A stretch of 60,000 nt of DNA from Amphiscolops sp. MND2022. Lineage: Eukaryota. The notes beneath the pieces were generated by a model that was not told the DNA's origin, searched no databases, and was given only the letters and a program-made list of their open reading frames with translations. Location of the stretch: NCBI GenBank assembly GCA_964187785.1, contig OZ076409.1, positions 67,210,001 through 67,270,000 of the forward strand. Direction: 5' to 3'. Every line of letters starts with the position of its first letter. Positions within the stretch are counted from its first letter, which is position 1. Of the stretch, positions 23,426 through 36,086 are shown one piece after another. The position numbers were made by a program, and so were the translations under genes.

Positions 23426-26400
23426 ATGTCAAGTCAGAAGGATTTGCCAGAACCCACTTTACCTCAAGCCCCAGTTCGTAGTAATCCAGAGAGGGAGCAC
23501 GAAAGTACTGAAACAACAGTTGTGTCAACTGACCGTAACCGGCCTTCACCTGATGATTCTCACAGTAGCAGATCCACGGACGAAAGCGTTTCTGCCTTCA
23601 TTGAAAAAACTGCAACTTCCTTGGCGCTTCTCGAGACTGAGACGATTGCGACTTTCCAGCCTACATCAGAATCAGTTGCTGTTGCGCGAACAACGGATTT
23701 AACTTTCCACAAAGTATCCATTTCCGAGCCTATAGCTGTTCTCCAGGATCCCTTAGAAGACCGACCTGGGACATCCGTCCGAGCTGGACCAGTTAGTGGA
23801 AACAAGGCAAAACCCTTGTATGTTGACACTAGTGATGCCGAAGATCTGTTTGACAGTTCCGGAGTTGAAGCCTTCCCCGCCATCCCGGCTAAGTTGACCA
23901 TTGACCCCAAGGCATTCCCAGATTTCGAAGGTGACTTCCACAGTGAGTCTGGTCAAAGTGACGCTGAGCAGGCACAATACCGGGCAAAACTTCTGACCGA
24001 GGATAGACAATTATCTGGGAAAGGGAAAGCTACTATAAAGAAGTATTTCCAAGAAGTTCGGCCCATCAAACTACCGGTTGGTCATCCAACTATAGCTCTT
24101 AATGCCGATGAAATGCATGCTATTCTAAGGACGATAGCCGATGAATCAGTTTTGTCCTCCTACCATATGATGAAGTCTCTTCTCCTCCATGCTACACAAG
24201 GGGTCTCAAGGGACAAGCGCAAAGGCCTTCCTCGGCGATGTGCCACACCTGCCAGAGGTTTCTCCGAAAGTTCAGGGCATGAGACCAACCCGAGTGGGGA
24301 TACTACCGACGGCTATACCAGCGGCGCCATCAACTCGGACGAAGATCCTTATAACCTTGGTTCAATATCGGGAACTGAAACTGCCATTGAAGTTGATCCC
24401 CTTTTCGCAGTGGGAACAGCCGAAGGATACTCTGGGGCTTTGGACCAGTCTGGGAGCCGTACTCCCGCATCAGGAAGTGGATACAGTCCCACTGATTATC
24501 AGCCATTGTCCGTCCTCAGACGCGGAGGGAAATCTGCCGACAACAAAATGAGTCCGCCACGTAAACGTCGGAAGCTCATGAGTAAGCCAGGGAAAGTAAT
24601 GAAGGATGCCTACTTCAAAGGTATCCAATGGACAAGAACCTTTGTTACTGGACCGCTTGATCCCGTCCATAATAAATATAAGTTTTATTGCATGCTCTGC
24701 AAGACTAATGTGTCCATTTACTCCAAGGGGGCTCGTGAAATCCTGAGGCATTACAAAACTGAGGGTCATCTACGGAGAGACCAGAAGTGGAGGTTCATAC
24801 ACCTGCAAGAAACTGATTCAACCTCAGGATTAGTCACTCACCAGGTTAGAGGAAAAGACGGCTACGTCCTTACACCATTGGAGTTAGAAAGAGAGAAGCC
24901 ACATTTCATTGACGCTCCATTAGTTGATGCTGGGGACCACTTTCCCTTTTACGAAGAGTATCTGGCCAGCTTGGGTGGGATCACTAATCCGGACGATTTG
25001 AGGCTCACAACCTTAATCTCTCTCATTGGGTCATTCGTGCCATACGATGGAAACTTGACCTTACTTCAGAGTTTGTGGACCAGAGGTGGCTCATTCACGA
25101 ATCATCAAGCCCTCTTCTCATCGTTCGATTGGAGCTCAGCTAGTCTTACCGTAAGTTATTCTCCAACATAGCCTTCCTTCTTTTGTGTCTCACTTGGCAA
25201 TAGTAGTTCCATGTTTCAAGTGTATGCAAGTGTTTTGGTTCATTTCAGAAAATCTTTCATCACGTCTTCACACGCGGACTCGAGGACATTGCACAGCACG
25301 TCACTTCGACTAACATGTATTCGATCGAGTTCACGACCCAAGGTAGATCTCGCTGCATGTCCGTTAGATTTTGGAAAGGAGACTCTCTCGTCCGAGTCGA
25401 GCTTCACCGCCACGACTTGCTTGAGTCCACCCCTGGTAGCTATTTGGGTGCGATTTCATTCCTTCTCTCCTTCATATCTTCCAAACCCAATTTGGTCAGC
25501 ATCTCTGGTTGCACGTCGATGGTATTTCAAGCTTTAGAGTCATCTGGTTTATTTGACTACGGGATCCAGTACCCATTCAGATTCGACGTCTTTTCCTTAC
25601 GCAAGCTCATGCAACCTAGTGTCCTAGAGTCTTGCTACGTCTTTGGACCAGTAGACATCTTCGCCCAACTCACCTTCCTGGTTGCCTTCCTGAACGGTTG
25701 TACTGATCAACCATGGGCCCTTCAGTGTCCAGAACTCATCAAGGTTTGTTTTTGTTGGTTTCTATCCCTGGTTCATTACTTCTATTTCATAAATCCCCTA
25801 GGATCCCGCGTCATGACGGCCTACAGTCCTATGTTAATTGAGTCTTTTTGTTGTAGGCAGTTACTAAATGCAACCTGGATTTCAAGAGAATCCCCACTTT
25901 GTGCTCAGAACTTGTCAAGTACTGGCCGTCCATCAATGAGTATATGACTAAGATGGCTCCTACACAGCTGATGCAGGGAGTTAAGAACAAGGTAATATGC
26001 TCTGACTTTCTCTTAGGGTTCCACTTAATAAGTCGTGATAGACTACTATCCTTTTCGGGTAATCTGGCTTCGTTATTGGTCCCCTACATGAATCTATCAT
26101 TTCTTTTAGCCTCAGAGTCTGGAGTGGGCCATCATAATGGACGATCTGTTTACCGCCAAACTTGAATTCTTGTCGATTCTCGTCCGAGATTGTGAGTCGT
26201 CTTCTTTTACTTTCGCTTGTTTTTGACCGTATTTCCTAAAGACGTTCTTCAGATCTGCAACTAGGGCAGCCTACGTTGTCACAAGGTATCGCAATCCTCA
26301 TCCTAAATCTCACTGATTGGTTGTGATGTTTAGATCTAAAATGCTTCGACCGCAGTCGGTCCAACCGACGGGATTCTACCCTTTTCATCTTTGGGCAGTA

Positions 26401-27493
26401 CTGTCGTTTCGTAAGAAAATTGTGTTCTCGCGCCGTCTTGCCAAAATGTACCCCCGAGGATACTAACTGGACCGGGCTGCTACACCTCTGTCCTGACGAC
26501 CTCAGGCTGTTGTCCACTCGCGATTTTGGTAGCCGGCTCAAGTTTGACACTGATCTTGACGCAGTTTGCCGCTCCAAGGTCCGCCGGTCATATTTTGATA
26601 AGAAAACTGGCCCCCCAAACCTGGAAGAGCTAGTTGCAGCCGAGAAAGAAGGGTTCTTGGTGAAGGCCCGCACTTACGTCGTGTCCTTGTTGGAAACCAT
26701 GCTGCGTGATATCCATTTTACTGCCGATATCATTCATGGAATGGGTTGCTTCGATCCACACTTGTTACTATCTTTACCTCTGGACCAAGTTACCTTCTGT
26801 TTCAATGCACTTTTCAACAGTTTCCGACTCCGAGGATGGGTTGCTGAGAGTGCTATGCAAGATTATAGAGACGAGTACTTTGAATTTGTCGATCATTTCC
26901 GGAAAACCTATTCTGGTATTAAGGACGCTCCCGCTACCATTCCTGATGTTCTCGCACTTCTCACTCCTATGCCAGCCCTCCGGAGTCGTATTAATTTGTT
27001 TCATTTATACCGTTTATGCTGTCTCTGTATAACCGAGAGCCATCAGGATCTTCCAGCAATTAAATTCCAGGATGTGGATACTTCAGGCGATCATTGTCGT
27101 TTGTCAAGTGTTATACTGCCCGCACAGTCTTACTTGGCCACCTGTCCTGGTGCCATTGCCGTTTGTACCTCTGAGTCTGCTTTAGTCAAGTACAAAGAAT
27201 TGGACTTGCAATTTACTTCGGGGCAGTTATCTGGGGACCCGTGGTCTCACGTGGACGTCTTTGGCCGGGCTTCCCTTTTGAAAACATTGACTGATTCTTT
27301 CATAAGTCTCAAGGGAGTCCCTCTAGTGGGTGTTTCCACTCCGTCACGAGCTTCCTCTGTATCAACTTCTGCTGGGAAAAAACTCAATTGGGCTGCTGGA
27401 AAAGCGCAAAAATTAGCATTTTTCGGCGATATTCCTCAGAGCGAGATTTCAAAGACGGTGAAGGAGCTGCGTCAAGGGTCATCTAAAGACTAA
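23426..27493 (+). CDS. Spliced gene, ~1198 aa: low-complexity N-terminus, C2H2/BED-like zinc finger, degenerate hAT-transposase-like body
   Basis: Exons 23426-25150, 25249-25743, 25857-25991, 26110-26191, 26334-27493, joined by GT-AG introns of 98, 113, 118 and 142 nt. Phases 0,0,0,1 keep one stop-free frame of 3597 nt. Motif FYCMLCKTNVSIYSKGAREILRHYKTEGH; basic NLS-like PPRKRRK; AATAAA at 27636-27646. Confidence 0.85.
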
Positions 27494-27635
27494 ATGTACA
27501 TAGGGTACATTTGTTATTTTAGACTTTCAATTTGTATATTTGTTTCGTAGTAGTTTTCTGTTTGTATATTTATGCAGTTAGTCTGTTTTAAAGTAAGTCA
27601 GGAAGGTCCCAGTGAAAAGACATGCCATCTCGGGC

Positions 27636-27646
27636 AATAAAATAAA
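27636..27646 (+). terminator. Overlapping double polyadenylation signal AATAAAATAAA of the antisense gene
   Basis: About 140 nt after the stop at 27493 and 25 nt from the pol stop. Confidence 0.6.
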
Positions 27647-27671
27647 TGGGGACACAATTTAACATTTCTGA

Positions 27672-30600
27672 CTAGTATCTGTATTCATCAGTATAGTTGG
27701 GGTTGGGGTTAGGTCGAAGGTTGTATTTCCCCCCTCTAGGGCTAGAGTTTTCATCAGTTTTTTCATTTGTTTTTTCATTCGATATTCCGGGCACGGTAAT
27801 ATCATCCCCCTCGTTAAAAGAGTTTTTCTCGCCTTCTAATTCATTTGTGACGTCATTCACGTTCTTTTCTGAACTAGTAGGTGTATTGCCACCATTTTGG
27901 CTATTTCGGCTAGTGGCCGTTCTCGGCCTTCCTGTTTCGCTGCTTTGTTCTTCTCGTGCAGCATTCTCGTTAACGTCATGTTCGTCATGCACTATAGGTG
28001 CGTCTCGGCTAGCGGCCGTACTCGGTCCCGCTTCCTTTTCATTCATTCTGGTTCGTTCATTCAATTCGGTGACGTCATTTGCGTCTCGTGTAATTGTGCC
28101 GTCTCGGCTGTTGGCCGTCCCCGGCCTTACCGCGTTGTCATCAGCGTTGTCATAAATGAGGTAATCACTAGCCGTGACACAAGCATCGCTGTCTGGTGTT
28201 TGCGATTCTTCGTCCGTATTATCGTCTCGTCTCGGCTCGAAGAAATGGTAGTCAAAATCTGCTTCCCATGCGATGGTGTATAAATCATCTTGCGGTATGA
28301 TTATTTCATCATCTGGTTGCAATTTCTCTTTGGCATATTTGTCCTCTAAAGACGTGTTAGGAACAAATTTTTTCAGGCGGATTCGGTGTAATATCTGTGT
28401 TTTATTCGTATTTAACCGGCGGACAATGTAATTGTCGTTAGGTAATACCTTTTCAATTCGACAAGGACCGATCCAGCGATATTCTCTGAATGGTATTTTT
28501 GATCCTTGATTGTCCGCTTTAGGTTGTAGGATAAAGCAAAACTCTTGTTCACTGAGAGGAGCTGCTTTGGCCTTTCGGTCATAGTACTCCTTATATTTCA
28601 AGTAGGACTGCATAATGTTATGCTTCGTTTTGTCAATGAGAACTTTCGTTCTCTGTTGTAATTCTTCAGCAAATTCAGTAGTCGGAAGGAAATCCTTATT
28701 AGGATTATTTCCAAGTTTATGATCAAGAACATTATAGGGAATTCTTCCGTGAAAGACCTTGCTCGGTTCACAACCAATGCTGGAATGATAAGTTGTGTTA
28801 TAATTGAGCACTGCTAGTGGCAAATATTTGTGCCATTGACGGCGATATTCCCCTGAGGCCATTTTCAAATTTGTTTTCAATGAGGCGTGAGTTCTCTCGA
28901 GTTTGCCAATTGTTTGTGGATGTTTAGTCGTCGCACATTTTAGGGTTATTCCCAATACTTGCGTTATCTCTGCAATAATTTTTGATGTAAAAGCGGTTCC
29001 TTTGTCGGTGATGATCGTAGTTGGCAAATATGAGTGCTTTGTCATGATGTCTATTAAGACCTTTGCCGTGTTAGAGGCTGTTGCCTCAACTAGCGGGTAG
29101 GCAAACAGATAACTTGAAAAGACATCTATTGCTGTCATCACTGTTTGGTAACCTCCGCTTGTTGGCAAGTTTGGGAGTAAATCGATTTGCATTGCGTGCT
29201 CTGGTCCAAGGTCCCATTCTGGCAAGTTAAGCAATTCGGGCGTTATCGTGTTGTTTGGGACCCGTTTATCTTTTGCGCAAGTTACACATCCTTCTACCCA
29301 TTTTTTAACGTGTTTTGCTATACCGGGGTAGTAGTATTTCTGTCGTATTTCTTGTAACATTTTCGATATGCCAGGATGTTTGTGCGCCGTTCCATGTAAG
29401 GCTTGTAACAATTCTCTCAAAAGGTGTTTTGGTAAGAGAACCTGGTGATACCTGACTTGTCCGGTTTCATCATAGTATTGTCGTGTGACTATTTCGTCTT
29501 TAAGGACTATTCGGTCCAAGTTGTTAAGGTAGTGTTTGTATCGGATATCTTGCTTGAGTAGTTCTTCAGAATAGTCTTCGTTCTGAATTTTGGCTTTGAG
29601 TTGGCGCAGTATAGGGTCCTTGGATTGTTCAAGTAAGATTTGATTCGTTCTGCGCAATTTTTGGGTAAAGTTTGTAATCTCATCTACTATGTTTTCAGAT
29701 ATTGCGTCAATTTGAATAACGCCTTCTTGGTCGATTGGGTTAGTTCGGCTTTGTTTTTTACGCTCCCAAATTTGAGCTTCTGTCTCATCATCTTGCTCCG
29801 TGAAGAAAACCTGTTCCTCTTCAGCAACGCCTGCCGATTGGACATTGACCTCGATGGGCTTAGTCTCTATGTCTTCGCGGATTTTAAGGACTAGTTTCTC
29901 TCTGGGGTCCATTTCCATGCGAGATAAGTAGGCGGCGGCTGTGTTGTTTTTCCCTGGTATTTGTGCTATGGCAAAATTGAATTGTATTACATAGTCACAT
30001 GCATTCCAGAGTGTTGGAGGGATTATCTTCGTCTGGAAGAATCTCGTGACCGATTTGTTGTCCGTGAGGATGGTAATCGGTTTAGGGGCTCCCCAGAAAA
30101 TATGTCCAAATTCTTTGAATGCGTAGTAAATCGCTAAGAATTCCTTGGCGTATATGGACATTTTGAGTTGCGATGGCGTAAACGTTTTTGAGCCATATGC
30201 AATTGGAGCGTATGATTTTTTGACAGATGAATATTTCTGGTTTGGGTCGTCCTCGGTAAGTATGGCGTAGCCGGCCGCTGTGAAACTAGCGTCTGTCATC
30301 AGGACCAGTTGCTTGTTTGGCAAAGGTTGCTTCAGGGCCAATTGGCTACATTTGTCGAGGTCCCGATTGATTTCATTGAACTGTTGTATTAGTTCTGTGG
30401 TCACCAGGACTTTTTCGTCTTTTTTGAGAAGTTGAAAGAAAGGAGCTAATTTTTCAGATAATCTTGGGATATAGTTCCTGTAATAATTTAGGAAACCAAG
30501 ATATCTTTGTAGAGCCTTTTTAGATTTGGGAAATTTGGTTTTTTCTAGGAAGTTTGTTATTCGCTCCTTTTGTGGTTTGACTCCCTCCGGAGTAATTGTT

Positions 30601-32909
30601 CTCCCCAAGAAATTGATTTCCGTTGCCCCGAAGTGGCATTTGTGCATTGTCAGTTTAAGGCCAGCATGCCTAATGCACTCAAAGGTTGCTTTCAAATTTT
30701 TTATGAGATGATCCGCATCATTGGCGGCTGTGCCAATGTCGTCGACATATTGGGCACATTGATCAGCTTTGATAACTTTATCGAGATATTCCCTCATAAA
30801 ACTTGAAAATGCTGATAATGCCCTGCTAAGGCCCTGGGCAAGTCGTCTATACGCAAAGGTGCGGCTTGCAAAGTTGAACGCAAGCATCTCAACGGACTTT
30901 TGGTCCGCCATTGGTAGGCAGTGATATGCTGGTGAACAGTCGAGTTTACAGAATAGTTTCTTTCCTGCCATATGTTGTGCAGCGTCCGTTAGGGTACTAA
31001 CCGGATGATTGTTGTTTATATAGTCATCCGAAATGAGGTTATTAATTTTCCTCAGGTCGACTAGTAGTCTTAGCTTCCCATTCGGCTTTTTCTGCGCGAA
31101 TATGGGACTGGCGTATTTCGAAAATGGCAGTGTTGTTATTATGCCATATTTGTGTAAGAGGGCCAGTTCGACGAGTATGTCCTCTTTTAAATTGACTGGA
31201 GTTGGAAGACTTTGGCTGTAAGCAGGCGAATCGTCCTTAGGGGTCAGTTTGACCGTGAATTCTTCATTCATTCCGATGTCAAATCTGTGTCGTGCGAATA
31301 TGTCATGGTATTCGACTAAAAGCGATTCGATCTTTTTGATTTCGTGTTGTTGCAGCATGGAGTCTTTCCAGTCGAAATTGCCAAGGAATTTGCGGCGTGA
31401 CTCATCATCATTCTGAGGATTCAATTGTTCAGCTTCTTGGAGGTTTCGTAATTCTTGAAGGATTCGTCGTTGGATGGGAGTATGGGAATCTTCGTCCCCT
31501 GGGTTTTCTGGCGTAGGAAACCAGTACTGTTCATATTGGTCATTGTTCCTATTAGCCTTGAGTAGACTACTGACATAGTAGATCGCATCCTCTTCATTTT
31601 CATTGAGGAGATGCCATGTGGACACCGGGTCAATTGGTTTGACGTGTTTCATCTGTTCCGGTGTTAGTACAGAAAAGTTTGCTATGTGTAGTCCCTTTTT
31701 AAGCTTGTACGGTTGGTCTGTGAAATTGTTGATATGAACGTTAACGTTTCCATTAGTCAATGTGACTATTGCGGCACAGAATGTGATGTCGCCTTCTTCA
31801 TGGAGGCGATCACTGGGTTGCAACACACCTGTGACCGTGTTTTCATTGTAGATTTGGGATTTGATCTCTACTAAGGTACGGTCATTGGGTGGTATTGTGA
31901 TGTCGTCTGGGTTAAGTATTGGTTCCAGTACGTTGGAGTATTCATGGTCAGCCGTTTTGAGTTGCATCGAGAAATATGGGAAATTGAGTATGCCTTGTCG
32001 CATGTCCAGTACTGTATGATTCCTCTGGAGGAACATTAATCCTATGATAGGGCCAGTCAGCTTTTCCATTACTATAAATATTTCGTGGAATTCGATATCT
32101 CCGACTTCGAACTTGAGTTCAACAGTGCTCTTTGGGGTTTCCAATTGTCCGTTTGCGACCATAATTTAGAACGTCGGGACAGGTCCCTCTTTGACTATGG
32201 ATTGGGGCGCCAATAGGCGTATTTTCCTGAGGTCTGCTTCCGGAATTGCGCTGGAGTGAGCTCCAGTGTCTATGAGGCCGTCTATGGTTAGTTCCCCAAA
32301 GTCCATCGGGAAATATAACATCCGTTTTTTGTATTTGAGTCCGAGGTTTGTGGATAATGGTATGTACGCTGGTTCTCCCTCTTTAGTTACAAGGACATGT
32401 ATGAAGGCTGTCTCGTCGAGGAGGCCAGGTGTGGCCTGTGTCTCTTCTGCATGTGGCTGATCTTTGATTGCATCAAAATTTGGTTGCCACTGTTCGATAA
32501 GTGCCCGGGACAGTATGGTGTCTACAATGTCAGGGTCATCCTCATCGTCTGTTGGCGGGTAGTCGTCATTCCGAAATTGTAAATTGTGTTTATCGTATAA
32601 ATCATCATCCCAGTACGGGTCTTTGCAGTACTCGGGGTCGTAGTATTGGGGGTTGTAGTCGTCGACAGTTTGTAAGGGTCGGAATTGGGTTTCTGAGTCT
32701 TTAGTAAGGTTATTACGTCGATATAGGTATGGGTGGTCACTGTGAATAATATATTGAGTTTGAATACAGGCTTCCACCATCTGCTGCTGCCAGACAGTCG
32801 ATGGGGTCCCTGTGATGTTCTCTTGTGATTGCTTATAAGCGATGTTAGCTGGGTCAGATATGACATATTGTCGTATCGACATTTGGTCAGAGATTTGGAG
32901 TCGTGGCAA
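27672..32909 (-). CDS. pol: Gypsy pol polyprotein (protease, RT, RNase H, integrase) with one premature stop at 32166-32168
   Basis: LIDTGA; LRLLVDLRKIN, KLDC, YVDD; LMTDAS..KEFLAI..TDNKS; H..H..CVTC, QIDL, ITDKG, GKLERTH; GP.RI. Confidence 0.95.
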
Positions 32910-32911
32910 AA

Positions 32912-34611
32912 TTAGTTTTTTGATTCCGGTTTTTTGGAGTTCGATTGGCCTGATGAGGATGTTGTAGATTTTTCATTCTTGGTGCGATTGCCTTCGTCTT
33001 CAGAGGGCTCCGTGTCTTTGGAGGAGTCTTGTCTATTTCTTTTTGGACGGAGATGGGCACCAGCGCCACGCCAACATTTCTCTGCTGGGTGATTGGTTTT
33101 GCTGCAGGTGGGACATTCTGGATAAGTTTGTCGTTGAGGCTTCTTGCCGTCTTTGGCCTCTGATTCTTTCTTCTTTTTCAGTTTTGGACAATTTTTCCAG
33201 AAGTGGTCCTCTGCCTTGCAGTATGAGCATTGGTTATTTTTGTTGGTGTCAATGCCATTAGATAGTAAATTTCGGGATTTGTTGGACGACGAAGCCATTG
33301 TAGCAATGGGTAGGTCATCAGATTCTTCTAATGCGTTTAACTCGAGTTCCCGTTCCAGATGTGCCACAATCTCTTCGTAGGTCCCGTTTTCCAGTCGAAC
33401 CATATTGACTGATTTGAGTTTTGGGGGGTAATTTAGCATACAGGAGACTGTCGATCATGCTTTTGGCGTTTTCCCCAAAGGCCTTCTCGGCCCTGGTTGA
33501 GTTCCTCAAGAAAATCGGGTAGTTTCATCGTGTTGGGATCAAAAATGAGCCGATGCCACTTATGTTTAGCTGTGGCTTGAGACTCGGGTTTGACGTACTT
33601 TCTGCGGAATATGACCAATACGTCCTCTAATGTTTGACGGTTTATGGATTTTATATTTCGGAAAGTTTGCAGGGCTCCTTTTCGGAGCAATGAATGAAAA
33701 TGATTTATTTTCATTTGTTCCGTCATAGCGGGCTGCATCTTTATCATTGTATGAAATAAATCTTCAAACAATTCGAATTTCTCTGCTTTGCCGTCAAATG
33801 TCATGGGGTTCGTCGTGACTGGTCTGATAGTCATCGACTGTGGTTTGTTTTGGTGGTTTACCAGGACATCAGCTAATCGGTTGATAGGGTCCAATGGCTG
33901 TTCTGCCGGAACGGGCTCTGTTATTGCCAGAGTTGTATCCAGAGTTGTATCATGAGTGGATTCTTGTCTTTGGAGGTCTGGCTGAGAGTGAATTCGTCCT
34001 GTGAGGAATTCAGGAATCGGCTGTTGGAGTTCGTTAGCTCCTGTCACCATGTAAGGACTAACGTCCGAATGTTCTCTCAGGTCACAAGCGGACCTTGAGT
34101 CCTTCTTTGTCAATCTTGTATTTGTGTTCTCCCATGCGCTTCTGACTCCATCCTCATTTAAGGACGTATCCGGTCCAACGCCATTTTGACCCAAAGGCAA
34201 GTTTTCAACCATATTTTGTATTTCCGGAATAATTCTCTCGCTTATAGCAGAACTAATGGTTCTGGTAATTTGTGATTGCATTAGGTCCATCATAGCCTCC
34301 ATCTCGCGTGACATCCTAGCGTTCACTTCACTAGATAGCGTATTGATAGACTCAATTAGCCTACTTTCTCTAACTGGTTCATTTCTACTATCAATGTCTC
34401 TGATCTCATTTTCTTGAGATGAGTTTTCTCTATTTGGAAAAGACTGAAAGTCTCGTTGTTACTCAGGGACGTTAATCAAGCTATCGAGTTCTCTTTCTAT
34501 AGAGTTGGAACTTCTTCCACCTAGCATCACGTCCATGTTGCCGTAGTCGGACAACATATCTAATTCTCTGGATTTTCTAGACTTGGCCTTTTGTCTCCTC
34601 GTGGAAGGCAT
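32912..34611 (-). pseudogene. gag: Gypsy gag (one stop, two frameshifts) with two CCHC knuckles
   Basis: MPSTRRQKAK...; FDGKAEKFELFEDLF; CSYCKAEDHFWKNC and CPTCSKTNHPAEKC; ends at slippery A AAA AAC TAA. Confidence 0.85.
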
Positions 34612-34923
34612 TGAAAACATTATTCCAGGAGAAAATATTTGAATTGTTCCTGTGGACAAGTATTTCTATTTTCAGATTAATCAAAATGAGCGTAGTGTAT
34701 CAGGTAGCTGCAAAATTATGATTAACCTTTGTCAGGCCGACTTGGGTATATATGCCCCAGAGGGCATGACAGGCAAAATTGTAACGGTCATGATACTAAA
34801 AATAGCAACGCAAACTAAAAATAGATACACTGAAACTATTAATAGCAACATGACATCATTTTAGACTTGTGCGGGCGGCTAGATCAAAGGTCCCGACAAG
34901 TCTCATCCACATATGGGTCAAAT

Positions 34924-35555
34924 TGTTTACAAGTATAATTCATGCAAGCAACAGTGTACATGCACAACAATTCATGAAGGCCCTATTCGACGTATGGCCG
35001 TTGGGGTTTTCTAATTCAGTTCCATCATAATATGAGAAAGCAACAATTACATGTTAACAGTGTATATGTCTGTTTATTGCATGGGGTGGGTTATTTGCAT
35101 CTTCAAACCACTAATTAACTGGAATACCAATTTCATATGGCAGGTATACAGCATTTGAGTATTCATCGTGCCAACCGGCCATGATAGGCCTTATTTACTG
35201 CATAGCACCAAGACAATTAATACAGTGAATAGGGACGGCTATGTTACATAGCCGCTTTCGTCCTATTTGTAATTACTGAATACCAATCAAGTATAGCATC
35301 AAAGCACAATAAGGCCGGCAATGTTAGTTGGCCGCTTTGGTCCATTCTAAATAGTTATTAGCACAGTTACGTAATAAGTAATAAGATGGCTATTACAAAC
35401 TGCACTCTGATTGGCCAATTGACCGTAGGCGGCTTAGCTAGCCATACTGAGCAGGCAAACATTTGAACACGTTTCCTTTCTGCCTGTCAGTATGGCTTGC
35501 TGTCAAATGTATTTTACATCAGAAATAGCAATACAATTCATTAATTAATATTACA
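34924..35555 (-). repeat. Putative 5' LTR of the Gypsy element
   Basis: Minus strand begins TGTAAT and ends AAACA; contains CCAAT (~35410) and a minus-strand AATAAA (~35073); PBS-like sequence follows. Partner LTR not in the window. Confidence 0.55.
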
Positions 35556-35952
35556 TGTTCAAAATAATACTAAATGTTTGAAAGTTTTGGTTTACAATGG
35601 GAGCGTCCCAGGTAGGGCGATTGGCTTCGTATGGTCAATCGTGTAAATGTTGCCATCGCAGGCGGCAGCCTGCGACAATATCGTAAAGAGTTCTTTCTAT
35701 AATTTCGAATTATCTGTGATCGAATTGTATAGTGGCACGTCGCTCTCCTTCGCTTTGCTCCTGTATTTAGGGCACTAAATGCTTGATGCATAATTGGAAA
35801 AATTTTACTCGAAAATTTTACCTCGAAAATGCAGTCACAAAAAATCGATTCTAAATCATATTCTAAACTTTTCAAAAATTGCTTAAAAAATATGCAAAAG
35901 GGACTTTTTAGAGGTATATTATCATCGTAAAGTCATCGAACACGTGTGATAC

Positions 35953-36086
35953 CTGCAGTGCATATGGGACAGACGACTGTGTCGTTTATGAGGGCACTTC
36001 TGTTGATGTTGATGGCGACCCACTCGGGCGGGTTCAGCACCTGCACTGAGGTCCACTTTTCACTAGACCCCGCTATGTTAGTGGAC
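35953..36086 (-). CDS. Ig-domain exon of the host gene
   Basis: gcag|G TCC.. completes CR-STNIAGSSEKWTSVQVLNPP..CPICTA; donor G|gtatc; phase 2 matches the upstream exon. Confidence 0.75.

Larger units (their letters stand above)
22386..35555 (-). mobile_element. Large Ty3/Gypsy LTR retrotransposon; 3' end lost in the gap; probably carries an antisense cargo gene
   Basis: gag-pol with PR-RT-RH-IN order; putative 5' LTR 34924-35555; no copy of that LTR between the pol stop and the gap. The left boundary is inferred. Confidence 0.7.

Noticed and set aside
23381..27493. Cargo gene as an env/fusogen
   Set aside because: It is antisense to pol, has no signal peptide or TM anchor, and carries a zinc finger and NLS-like patch.
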